From: a bacterium
Lineage (GTDB): Bacteria > Hinthialibacterota > Hinthialibacteria > Hinthialibacterales > Hinthialibacteraceae
Direction of reading: 5' to 3'
Length of the DNA stretch: 64,000 nucleotides
Assembly: GCA_963662285.2 (NCBI GenBank)
Contig: CAXXMV010000002.1
Location: forward strand, 1,504,001 to 1,568,000
Part shown: positions 1-9,400 of the stretch, one piece after another
Position numbering within the stretch: position 1 is the stretch's first letter
Layout: every line of letters begins with the position of its first letter
Made by a program: the position numbers and the translations under genes
Notes under the pieces: model-generated
The model's input: only the letters and a program-made list of their open reading frames with translations
Databases searched by the model: none
Told to the model about the DNA's origin: nothing

Positions 1-1317
1 GTCAATCTTTTTAACCAGCAAGCCGCCATGATAAAGCGTTTGCCCGGGAAAATAAGAGAAGGTGAACTCGAACTCTTTCCAGCGCATTTTTTCACCTTCC
101 GGCATAACCTGAGTATTTCTTATGGCCTTGTCGGTTTGGGCTGGCATGTAGTAAGCCTGGGGATTTTCAAGGATATCCTGCTGCTCCCGGCAGAAGAATA
201 CGCGGCAGCCGAATTCAGTGGAGGCCCTTTCAATGAAATCAGTATGGTCGTCGTGATAGTGGGTCACATAGATTCCGTCTAGAGATTTAAGGCGGCCATC
301 TTCTTTCAGTTTACGTATTTCTTTGATAGCGTTGCTGCTGCCGCAATCGATCAGGAATCCATCGCCGTCTTCAGATAGTATCAGGCGTGATGTCCCGAAT
401 TGAATAATCCACTCAGGCGGATAAGGTTGAACAGTTTCCGCCATTGGCATCCAATCAATACCGGTTGCTCCCAGAATACGGCCAGCGCAGCCGGTAATAT
501 AATCATCTTTGAAATACCAGCGTAATGCGCAGATGGATAAGTAATTTTCATAAATTGCTTTTAATCGGCCAATCAATTTATCGATGGCTTGTGCTGGTTG
601 AGTAATTACCGGGCCTCTCGCCGGGATTAGAATATCCGGCGTTGCCCGGCGTATTGTTTCCAGGCTGGCGATTAAATCCGCCGCCCGCGTCATGTAGCCA
701 TGATATCCCATGGTTTTGGGTTTTGTGATCAAATCCTGAAAACTGTAGAGATCAAGAATTTTGCCATCGCCATAGATCAAATCGCCAACGCAGGCGATTC
801 GTTTGCCATCAATTTTGAATAGATAAGATACCGCATTGCGGGTATAGCCGGGAGTATCAAGCACCTGAATATCAAGCCCTTGCCATTCAACTGCGTCGCC
901 GCCTTTGACCGTTTCAACATCCTTAAATGATTCGCTCAGAACTTTAGTGGTTTGTTGCTCATAATCATGAAATCGTGCGGTCTTCTTCTTTTGCCAGTAA
1001 CTTTCAACATCAGTGAAAAGTTGCTTTTCTCCTTGTGGGATATAAGCCTCTGCGCCGCGTTTAACCAGTTCAGCGCCAGCCCATACAACATCACGCCGGT
1101 GATGAGTGAAAAGAACTTTTTCAGCAGGCGCCTGCTGGTCGCGGGGGTCGCCGTAAATAACCAGCGTTTTGCCATTTTGATTGATCAAAATCCCATTAAC
1201 CGCATCATGAATCACAGTGACATTTTCGGTTATAGATTCAATCGATGCATGAGAAGCCAATGCAACCAGAGGCGATATGATAGCCATTAAAATAATGATA
1301 CCGATTATTGATCTCAT
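1..1317 (-). CDS. Secreted MBL-fold metallo-hydrolase, two MBL-like domains; 3' end runs off the window
   Basis: Manual translation from ATG at 1317 (GGAG RBS upstream): MRSIIGIIILMAIISPLVALA signal peptide, degenerate THHRRD motif, second motif THYHDDHTD near 245-265. Absent from the ORF track because it has no stop in the window. Confidence 0.8.
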   Translation of the reverse strand, partial: MRSIIGIIILMAIISPLVALASHASIESITENVTVIHDAVNGILINQNGKTLVIYGDPRDQQAPAEKVLFTHHRRDVVWAGAELVKRGAEAYIPQGEKQLFTDVESYWQKKKTARFHDYEQQTTKVLSESFKDVETVKGGDAVEWQGLDIQVLDTPGYTRNAVSYLFKIDGKRIACVGDLIYGDGKILDLYSFQDLITKPKTMGYHGYMTRAADLIASLETIRRATPDILIPARGPVITQPAQAIDKLIGRLKAIYENYLSICALRWYFKDDYITGCAGRILGATGIDWMPMAETVQPYPPEWIIQFGTSRLILSEDGDGFLIDCGSSNAIKEIRKLKEDGRLKSLDGIYVTHYHDDHTDFIERASTEFGCRVFFCREQQDILENPQAYYMPAQTDKAIRNTQVMPEGEKMRWKEFEFTFSYFPGQTLYHGGLLVKKID

Positions 1318-1418
1318 GATTATCTCCAAAATTAATATGATTAAGGGACTATTACCAAACAAATACTGTTATCAAACAAACAACACCGATAAAAGAAAGT
1401 AAGGCGCGCTTCTCGTGA

Positions 1419-1467
1419 CCATGTCATTAAGTTAACCTGTCTTATCCCCTCTCCCGCCGGGAGTGGG
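1419..1467 (-). mobile_element. Isolated right end of the IS4-like MITE seen intact at 62453-62625
   Basis: ccatgtcattaagttaacctgtcttatcccctctcc closely matches the reverse complement of the MITE right end (caatgtcattaagttagccgtcttgtcccctctcc). Confidence 0.7.
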
Positions 1468-1564
1468 CAAAGGTGAGGAGAAAAAAGAAATCACCTAATG
1501 TAGACAGAGTGGGCTAAAAGCCATAGCGTAGCCACCAAAATTCCCAAAGCGGGCGCCAAGGGCA

Positions 1565-2183
1565 GTGCGCCTTGAAAGTTCATGGCGTCAAGTCGTCTGA
1601 AATGGCGACCACGGTAAAGCCTAACCAGCAGCCGTGTATCGAGTCTTGCGCTGTGTCTGGCAACAGCCATGGTGAAGCGTAGACAGAAAGGAAGCAGGCC
1701 GTAACGCAAGTGAAGAGATTTTAGTTCCGAAATACACGTCTTTGAAGTCGCAGACCTGTGTTGCCCTACGGGGAATGCGGAATTGGCGCTGTCGGTATGG
1801 TGAGGCGGTGACCAAGGCTTCCGGGATTTCAACTCACGGCATGTTTTCAAATGATGTCATGGGAACAAGGGAGGTCCGGTTGGTTCCGGCGGAGCCGGTA
1901 GGTTCAAACAAGCCCTAGCAAGGTGAAGATGATCTGATGACCGGTCGTAAGTCAGACCAGCTGATAATACTCTGAGTAAGGGAGAGCCTGTCACATGGGG
2001 AAGCGGCTGGCAGGAAAAGAGTCTTTTCAGGGACGCATAAGCTCCATGCAAAGGGAGGCTGCGGGCGATTCATCAAAAGGGATATCATCCTCCGGCGGTT
2101 CGGAGAGTGTATATACCTAAACCGGGAAAGAAGGAAAAACGTCCTCTAAGAGTGCCGTGCGTAGTGGACCGCGCCTTGCAGCG
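1565..2183 (+). mobile_element. Group II intron remnant: 5' ribozyme domains plus a short reverse transcriptase fragment, 3' half lost
   Basis: Starts with GTGCG at 1565 and has domain I-like motifs (ggtgaagcgtagacag, ccgaaat). 2068-2183 translates to IHQKGYHPPAVRRVYIPKPGKKEKRPLRVPCVVDRALQR, the RT1-RT2 signature of group II intron RTs. Confidence 0.85.
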
Positions 2184-2820
2184 CCGGAAAGCGCATCCTT
2201 AGTTTTCTCGCATTAAAATTATCTGATGTCAGAAGGTATTGTGAAGATGACCGTTGGTGCATGGACAGAAGTCTCGGGCTTTTTGCAAATTTAAATGTCT
2301 TACCCAAAGTCGGATGGTTTTCGTCTTACTCAAGCCGGATTACCCGCCGGATGAATTTGTCATTTTTAAGAAGCCTTTATCAACTATGGAAGAAGCATGG
2401 ATTGTTATCGGATTAAGGGATATTGGATTAAGGGATATTGGATTATAGCGACGCGACCATTAGACATGCGAATGAATCCGATGTTGTTTTGGAATTTCTT
2501 GATTTCTACAAAGCCGGGAATCCCCCAGATTCCAATTTGAAACACTTGATATTTGATAGCAAATTTACGCCATATAAAAACTTGCGCGAATTGGATGAAA
2601 AAGGAGTGAAATTCATCACCATTCAAAGGCGGGGCAAAACGATTGCCAGCCAATTAGAAAAAATCGAAAAATCTCAATGGAAAAAAATACTGGTTATGGG
2701 ATCGGATGGTAAAGGAAGGCTCTTGAAAATTCATGAAGAAAAGTGACCATCAAAGATTATGATAAACCCATCCGATAACTGGCGATTACCGTCCATGTGA
2801 AACAATACGAGCCCTGATTA
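2181..2820 (+). pseudogene. DDE-type transposase remnant, copy 1
   Basis: Near-identical to 6707-7083. ORF 2438-2746 has LIFDSKFT and GVKFITIQRRG, typical of DDE transposases. Fragmented by deletions and stops. Confidence 0.7.
2410..2445 (+). repeat. 15-bp tandem duplication (GGATTAAGGGATATT x2 plus partial)
   Basis: Read directly at 2410-2424, 2425-2439 and 2440-2445; lies at an internal junction of the transposase remnant. Confidence 0.85.
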
Positions 2821-3031
2821 GCTAATATAGATCAAGTGAATTGATGATGTCGCTTAATCGGCGTTGGCTGATGGGGCAGAGATTCATTTTTTCAGCGAGG
2901 TCTTTATATTTTTCATAAACATCCCCAGAATGAACGCGTTTTTTTGTACGCAGGAAGAGTGCGTAACAGGCGGTAAGACAAAGTTTTTGATGCAATGGTA
3001 GATTCTCCCCGCTACTTTTTTAAAAACCCTA

Positions 3032-3064
3032 TTGACAACGATATATTATTGTGCACAATTGTAC
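3032..3064 (+). promoter_or_regulatory. sigma70 promoter with overlapping BlaI-type operator
   Basis: TTGACA at 3032-3037; near-palindrome GCACAATTGTAC at 3053-3064 resembles the BlaI/MecI TACA-NN-TGTA box. Confidence 0.55.
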
Positions 3065-3098
3065 TCGATGAGGTATTCATGTAATTTTGAAGAGGACC

Positions 3099-3500
3099 AT
3101 GATGAAAAAGAAAAAGCCGATATCCCTCTCTCCGTCTGAATGGAAAGTGATGCGCGTCGTCTGGAAATTGAAAACATGCGCGGCTCGGGACGTTTATTCA
3201 GTCACGACCAAGAAATACGGCTGGACTCCGGCCACCGCCAAGACCATTCTGCGCCGGTTGGTGGAAAAAGGCCATCTGTCAACCCAGCAAATTGGGAATT
3301 GCTACGTCTATCAGCCGACGGCCTCCATCCTCGATCCTTTGTATAAAGCAGCCGATAACCTGTTGGAAAACGCCATTGATGGCACAATTGCTCCCGTCAT
3401 GTTTCACATGATCAAAAAAGGGAAAATGTCTGGAGAGGACATTCACGAACTTCGCGCGCTGCTGGATGAATTCGAAAAGAATCAATCCTCCAAGGAGTAA
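3099..3500 (+). CDS. BlaI/MecI/CopY family transcriptional repressor
   Basis: LSPSEWKVMRVVW...T.KTILRRLVEKG...YVY.P pattern; directly upstream of an M56 peptidase gene. Confidence 0.92.
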   Translation: MMKKKKPISLSPSEWKVMRVVWKLKTCAARDVYSVTTKKYGWTPATAKTILRRLVEKGHLSTQQIGNCYVYQPTASILDPLYKAADNLLENAIDGTIAPVMFHMIKKGKMSGEDIHELRALLDEFEKNQSSKE

Positions 3501-3503
3501 GCC

Positions 3504-6347
3504 ATGGATCTTATTGAAACCTTCAACCGGCTTTCCGAATCCTGGGCGTCTTTTATGTTGCATCGTTTTCTGGATTCGACACTCGTCTTTGCATTTATCA
3601 CGGCGATCTGGATGACGATCCGCAAGCGAACATCCCCGCAAGCCGGATACTGTTTGTATCTTTTAGTATTGATCAAACTCATCATTCCATTCGAAATCTC
3701 TATCCCTGACGTTGTATCTTCCTATTTCCCGGATTCGTCAATCGCACGGCAGGCGAGTTTCTTTTATATAGATGAATGGGCTAATCCAGAACGCATGAAG
3801 CCATCTGAAAGCATGAAAAGCATCGCTCCATCTGACGAAGACGAAAAGGATGCGAAAGGCATGGAGAAGGATGCGGTATACACCCCCTCCTTATCATCGC
3901 AAATTGACGAATCCGTCATTCGGAGCACTCCGCAATTAATGGTTTACAGACCGATCGCGCTTGTGTGGGCTCTTGTGACAATATTTCTGTTGGCGCTTTT
4001 TGGCTGGTCGGAGATCGCGTCCCGCCATCTGCTCAAATGCACTCATTTGCTGAAGGCCGATCAATTTCCCATCGATTTATTGAAATTGCAGAAAATCGCC
4101 AAAATCAAACAATCCGTGCGTTGGTTGACGGCGGACTGGGTAAAAAGTCCGATGGCCTACGGTTTTATCAAACCAGCCGTTATCATCCCCACAAATATGG
4201 ACGAACGTTTCAACGTAAATCAACTCCGGTGGATTCTACTGCATGAGTTGGCTCATATTCGCCGCAGGGATTCGTTCGTAGCATTTTTTCAGAAAATCAT
4301 TCAAATTATTTTCTTTTTCCATCCAATCGTCTGGCTAACCAATAATAGAATCAATCAGTTGCGCGAATATGCATGTGATGACGAAGCGTTGATTTTTTGC
4401 GACATCCCCCGTGCCGATTGCGGAGAGGGTTTGTTGTCGCTGGTGCGACAAACCAATAATTTCCCCGCATTCATGACAGTTCCTTTAGGGATAATCGATT
4501 ACAAGACGCAAGTCAGGAGGAGAATGATGAGAATTTTAGATACTGAGAGAAAATTGAAAGTAGGATTATCTGCTGGAATGACTATTTTATTGTTGTTCGT
4601 TGCTTGTGTGTTATTACCAACAGTGAAAGCAGAAAACAAATTCGTAACCAACAAATCTAAATCAAATTCAACCTTTCCATATAGTACAAAATTAAATCTT
4701 CAAGGTATTTATCCAACATCGATTTCTCCGGATGGCTTAAAAATAATTGGTATTCAATATAATGAGAATTATGATAAAGAAAATTTAGTTTTATATGATT
4801 TTAATGCAAATACAATTCAAACATTATTAGATGATCATTATTGTGTAAATGCCATATGGGATACGAAAGGAAAAAACATAGCAATCAATTATTACGATGA
4901 TCAAGGGGTAATGAATATCTCTATCTATAACCTCGAAACAGAAAATATTGAAGCAATATTAAATAAGACAACTCAAAGCGTTGTTGATTGGTCTCCTGAT
5001 GGCGAATCGCTTTTGTGTACTGAAAATAATAAGGATACTCAAAAAGTTTCTTTGATTAATCTTGAATCAAAAGAAATAAATTTCTTGTTTGAAGATAATC
5101 ATGATGCGGGGGGCAGACATAGAGGTGGTCTTACTCCAAGTTTTTCCCCAGATGGTCGCTATGTAGTTTACCTGGCACGAAAAAAACTTCTTGAAAATAG
5201 TATTAAAATATTCAACCTTGAAACATCTGAATTTGATGAATTTAAATGTCCGCCAATCTGGATGTTTTTTCCAACATGGTCAGAAAAAGGAGATTCAATA
5301 ATTTTTATTGGATACTCAAAAGTTCACCTTGATGTATTGGATTCCGATATATTTTCCATTCCTGTCAAAGATGGAAAATTTGAAGGCATACCCAAAGTAG
5401 TACATCCTGATTTTTTTATGAACGAAATCATTGCATTTGGAAAAGGGAATGATTTTTTATATCAAAAAGGTCAAAAGGTCCATTGGATGTATGTTTTACC
5501 GATAGATATTGAAACAGGTAAACCGAATGGTAATCCAAAGAGGATTGTGAAAAGTGGTCCTAGCGTATATCTTTGGGGGCCAGAGGGGAAATACATTATT
5601 CAACAACGTATGATTCGGGGACTAGGAGGCTATTCTTTTATATCTATAGATAATGGGATGATATTACGAGACATTACAGCGCCAAATATGAATGCATTTG
5701 ATAGATCACAAAGATATCTTCCAAATAAACAAATGATTCTTTCTGGTTCAATTGATGAAAAAGGTCGAAAAGGTATATTTGGAGTTGATGTTGAAAACGG
5801 AAAAATTGAATTACTTAAAGAGTCGAGTACTTACCGAAATTTATACCCGTCTGTTACTCCAGATGGGAAAATATTGGTTTACTCAGAGAAAGGTACAATT
5901 TTCAGCCATGATTTAACGACAAATACAACGCATGAACTGTTCTCCAGTACCAGTTTTTTTACGTCTCCTTCTATTTCACCTTTTGGAAAACAGATTGTAT
6001 ACGCTAAACATGAACAGGAAACATTTTCTATTATGATTTCATCTATTGATGGAAAACAATCGCGCGAATTATTCAGAAAACCCCTTGCTGAAGTAAGAAA
6101 TCCTTCTTTGGAATGGTCACCCGATGGTCAGTTTATTATCTTTAGTGTCGGTAGGTACATAAAAAGTGATAAATTATGGCTGATTTCTACGGATGACGGG
6201 GAAATTAGTTATATTAAAATACCAAATGAGATAGGGATACCATATTACCCTCTTTGGTCACCCGACGGGAAATATATATCATTTTTTGCTTATAATGACA
6301 TAGAAACAGAGTACTGGATGTTGAATGATATAATTAAAGAACAATAG
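3504..6347 (+). CDS. BlaR1-type M56 peptidase sensor-transducer with C-terminal TolB/PD40-like beta-propeller
   Basis: N-terminal TM helices, HELAH zinc motif, FFFHPIVW and REYACD; C-terminal repeats WSPDG/FSPDG/ISPDG. Confidence 0.9.
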   Translation: MDLIETFNRLSESWASFMLHRFLDSTLVFAFITAIWMTIRKRTSPQAGYCLYLLVLIKLIIPFEISIPDVVSSYFPDSSIARQASFFYIDEWANPERMKPSESMKSIAPSDEDEKDAKGMEKDAVYTPSLSSQIDESVIRSTPQLMVYRPIALVWALVTIFLLALFGWSEIASRHLLKCTHLLKADQFPIDLLKLQKIAKIKQSVRWLTADWVKSPMAYGFIKPAVIIPTNMDERFNVNQLRWILLHELAHIRRRDSFVAFFQKIIQIIFFFHPIVWLTNNRINQLREYACDDEALIFCDIPRADCGEGLLSLVRQTNNFPAFMTVPLGIIDYKTQVRRRMMRILDTERKLKVGLSAGMTILLLFVACVLLPTVKAENKFVTNKSKSNSTFPYSTKLNLQGIYPTSISPDGLKIIGIQYNENYDKENLVLYDFNANTIQTLLDDHYCVNAIWDTKGKNIAINYYDDQGVMNISIYNLETENIEAILNKTTQSVVDWSPDGESLLCTENNKDTQKVSLINLESKEINFLFEDNHDAGGRHRGGLTPSFSPDGRYVVYLARKKLLENSIKIFNLETSEFDEFKCPPIWMFFPTWSEKGDSIIFIGYSKVHLDVLDSDIFSIPVKDGKFEGIPKVVHPDFFMNEIIAFGKGNDFLYQKGQKVHWMYVLPIDIETGKPNGNPKRIVKSGPSVYLWGPEGKYIIQQRMIRGLGGYSFISIDNGMILRDITAPNMNAFDRSQRYLPNKQMILSGSIDEKGRKGIFGVDVENGKIELLKESSTYRNLYPSVTPDGKILVYSEKGTIFSHDLTTNTTHELFSSTSFFTSPSISPFGKQIVYAKHEQETFSIMISSIDGKQSRELFRKPLAEVRNPSLEWSPDGQFIIFSVGRYIKSDKLWLISTDDGEISYIKIPNEIGIPYYPLWSPDGKYISFFAYNDIETEYWMLNDIIKEQ

Positions 6348-6618
6348 TTATTGACTGGCAACATTAAAGGGCACCATACAGGTGAGATTCGAACCTCGTC
6401 GTATTTATCTGACTATACCAAAGTTGATATCATCTTGGAAAAGTGAGTAAAATATGATGAAGAACAAATGCATTCACTATCACTAAAAGTGTGTGAAAGT
6501 AACGGTTTTATTTATCACTGATTTTCATGAGACTATCCACCCCAAATTATTCTATCATTAATTTCCCACAACTCTCTCCTAAGTTTTAGCAAATCAATGT
6601 TATAGGTTTAAGAATCGT

Positions 6619-7083
6619 ATGCCCGTTTTAGAATATATTTTGGTATGTAAATCCCGGGCGAAGCCAACGCCAAAAAAACGCCGCTGCACTGCAAGAAATT
6701 ATTGCGGCGCCGGAAAGCGCATCCTTAACTTTCCACGCGGAGAAATTTACTTCCGAATCGTCCATCGGGATTCTGTGCTTTTTGCCGATCCTCAGAACCT
6801 ATGGCATTGACAAGGTCATTTGTGATTCCCATTACCCCGAAACCAAAACCATCAATAAGTTTTCATCGATCCTTAGTTTTCTCGCATTAAAATTATCTGA
6901 TGTCAGAAGATATTGTGAAGATGACCGTTGGTGCATGGACAGAAGTCTCAGGCTTTTTGCAAATTTAAATGTCTTAACCAAAGTTGGATGGTTTTCGTCT
7001 TACTCAAGCCGGATTACCCGCCGGATGAATTGGTCATTTTTAAGAAGCCTTTATCAACTATGGAAGAAGCATGGATTGTTATC
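6619..7083 (+). pseudogene. DDE-type transposase remnant, copy 2
   Basis: SFLALKLSDVRRY..DDRWCMDR.L.LFANLNVL.K..WFSSYSSR; DNA shared with 2181-2409; truncated at 7083. Confidence 0.7.
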
Positions 7084-7285
7084 CATCCAATGCCGTGACA
7101 AGATGCGGCTCCATTGCCCGACCGATTCGGGCGCCGCCATTGCAGACGTCTAGCGAGGTCTCGAAACGGGTGGGCGTTGCGCTGGCTTTTGTTGCTGCCG
7201 TTCAGGTCTTTTTTTTTTGATAGGAGATCAACTCGGATATGAATCCTTCGCCTGATGCGAATAGAGGTAATAAGGTCTGCGGCAT
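7084..7285 (-). pseudogene. Possible N-terminal fragment of a second transposase-associated ORF
   Basis: ATG at 7285 with GAGGGAG RBS gives MPQTLLPLFASGEGFISELISYQKK, reminiscent of IS-associated HTH proteins; similarity fades after an A-run. Confidence 0.35.
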
Positions 7286-7982
7286 TTTTTTAACTCCCTC
7301 ATACTCTGCAGGATTGGCCTTCCCTCCAGTATCCTAACAAAATCCCGCGAGAACCGAAAACCACGGGTGAGCTCAGGAGGTCTGAAATTAGAGATTTTAG
7401 AACCTAAGCAATAACAAGACTTAAGATTTTTACCATAGACATAAGCTTTTAGGCTGACGGCAGTCTTTATTATGATATAACGACAACTGTTTCAAAATCG
7501 GATCGTACGGTCATTTTGAGTTTTTAACGGCAATGAAAAAATTTGAATTATGATTGTTTAATTGATAACATATTCCAGCCGAGGAATCCTCTTTGGAATC
7601 CTTCATTAAAAAAACATCTCCTTTTTTCGATATATTATTGAAATACTCAATTTTGTAATCCCTACAAAAATAATAATTTACATAAATGGCTGATTTTCAT
7701 ATTAGTGGAGCATCAGTCCGATTAGCTGTAGGGATAATTTATTAATAAATCACTTATATAATAATCGATAGATTCTAGTTTATTTTTTTGAGGAATGAAA
7801 TATTATCCCTGCAATATACAATTCATCCCAACAATCTGTAAATTATCACAAATTACGCTCTAATTAAATTAAATTGGACTATCCTACATATCAAACATGA
7901 ATACAAAATGGTTGAATAAAGTGGGGCATACAGTACGCCTCGACTTTTACCCTTTGATATTTATGCAAAAGGAGATTCTTTT

Positions 7983-9320
7983 ATGAAACGTTTTGGTTCA
8001 TACCTCGTATTGTTTTTACTCAGTGTAACTTTGTTCGTCGTGAATTCTGAATCTTCAGACTGGCCGCAATATCTTGGTCCGGACAGAAACTCAACGTCGC
8101 CGGAAAAAGGTATTTTACATTCCTGGCCTGAAAATGGTCTGGAGGTTCTATGGACGGTTCCAGTTAATAGAGGTTATGGCGGACCTGTTATCAAAGACGG
8201 CAAGGTTTATTTGCTCGACAGGGATGATAAAGTCGGTGATAACATTCGGTGTTTTGATTTCTCGAATGGCAAGGAACTCTGGAACTTTGCTTATGATGCT
8301 CCTGGAGAAGTCATGTTTCCTGGTTCGAGAAGCGTACCGATTGTAGACGGCAATTATGTGTATTCTTGCGGACATAACGGCGACTTATATTGCATCGATA
8401 TAAGCACACTCAAACCCGTCTGGAATAAGAACGTTTGGACGGATTTCGGTGGAACTAAGCTCCCGATATGGGCTATAACACAGTGTCCGTTGGTTTATGG
8501 TGATTTGCTGATTTTGGCTTCGCAAGCTCCGGACGCGGGCGTCGTGGCTTATGACAAACTCACTGGAGCTATTAAATGGAAGACGCCCAATCTTGGCAAT
8601 GAATCATATGCCAGTCCTTCAGTTGTGAAAATAGACGGAAAAGACCATGTTGTAATGGTTATTTCATCTACTAATCCCTTTGGAAATAGAGGAATGCCGC
8701 AAACTCTCGGTAATATTGTTGGACTAGAACCCCTTACTGGAAAAATCCTTTGGGAATACAAGCAGTGGGAATGTCATATTTCCGTACCGAGTGCAGTGGA
8801 TGCCGGTAACAATAAAGTGCTTGTTGTTGGTGGATATGAACACGGTGCGGTTATGGTCGAAGTCAAAAAACAAGCAGATGGCAGCTACATTGCCACAGAA
8901 CTTTTCAAGCATAACGATTTTGGCGATCAAACCAAACCGCCGATATTACATAATGGTTATTTCTACGCTCAGTTCTCAACCAATAGTAAACGTGACGGCC
9001 TTGTATGCATGAATATGGATGGTGAGATTATGTGGAAAACAGGACGTTCACCCAATTTTAATAAAGGCAGTATGATTCTGGTTGACGGCCTGATTCTAGC
9101 TACTGATGGCGCAAAAACTTTATACCTAATAGAACCTGATCCGAAAGAGTTTAAACCACTGGCAACAGCTGAATTACTCGGTGAAGCTGGATTAAATGCT
9201 GAAGGCATTGCAGCCCGCTTTGGAGGTTCAACTCAGAACTGGGCTCCAATCGCTCTTTCCAACGGCAAACTCCTTATCCGGGATCACAGCCAGTTAAAGT
9301 GCGTCAAAGTCGCTAAATGA
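7983..9320 (+). CDS. Secreted PQQ-binding-like (BamB-like) beta-propeller protein
   Basis: Signal peptide, DWPQYLGPDRN start, repeated G..LW motifs, WAPIALSNGKLLIRD end. Confidence 0.88.
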   Translation: MKRFGSYLVLFLLSVTLFVVNSESSDWPQYLGPDRNSTSPEKGILHSWPENGLEVLWTVPVNRGYGGPVIKDGKVYLLDRDDKVGDNIRCFDFSNGKELWNFAYDAPGEVMFPGSRSVPIVDGNYVYSCGHNGDLYCIDISTLKPVWNKNVWTDFGGTKLPIWAITQCPLVYGDLLILASQAPDAGVVAYDKLTGAIKWKTPNLGNESYASPSVVKIDGKDHVVMVISSTNPFGNRGMPQTLGNIVGLEPLTGKILWEYKQWECHISVPSAVDAGNNKVLVVGGYEHGAVMVEVKKQADGSYIATELFKHNDFGDQTKPPILHNGYFYAQFSTNSKRDGLVCMNMDGEIMWKTGRSPNFNKGSMILVDGLILATDGAKTLYLIEPDPKEFKPLATAELLGEAGLNAEGIAARFGGSTQNWAPIALSNGKLLIRDHSQLKCVKVAK

Positions 9321-9359
9321 TCCCATGAAATTGATTTATGAATAGTCGAACTCAGCAAA

Positions 9360-9386
9360 CCTACGGCATGTTATTCATGCCGTAGG
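9360..9386. terminator. Inverted repeat between the two propeller genes
   Basis: CCTACGGCATG-ttatt-CATGCCGTAGG perfect 11-bp stem; no U tract. Confidence 0.5.
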
Positions 9387-9400
9387 CCTATAGGATAGAT

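Noticed and set aside
1491-2051. Minus-strand ORFs of 119 and 64 aa
   Set aside because: Antisense to intron RNA; no protein-like features.
1565-2183. Retron or diversity-generating retroelement
   Set aside because: The RT fragment and GTGCG-led RNA are group II intron type; no template/variable repeat pair is visible.
6372-6400. tRNA 3' fragment or attachment site (minus-strand GAGGTTCGAATCTC)
   Set aside because: Only a T-loop-like word; T-stem imperfect, no acceptor stem or CCA.
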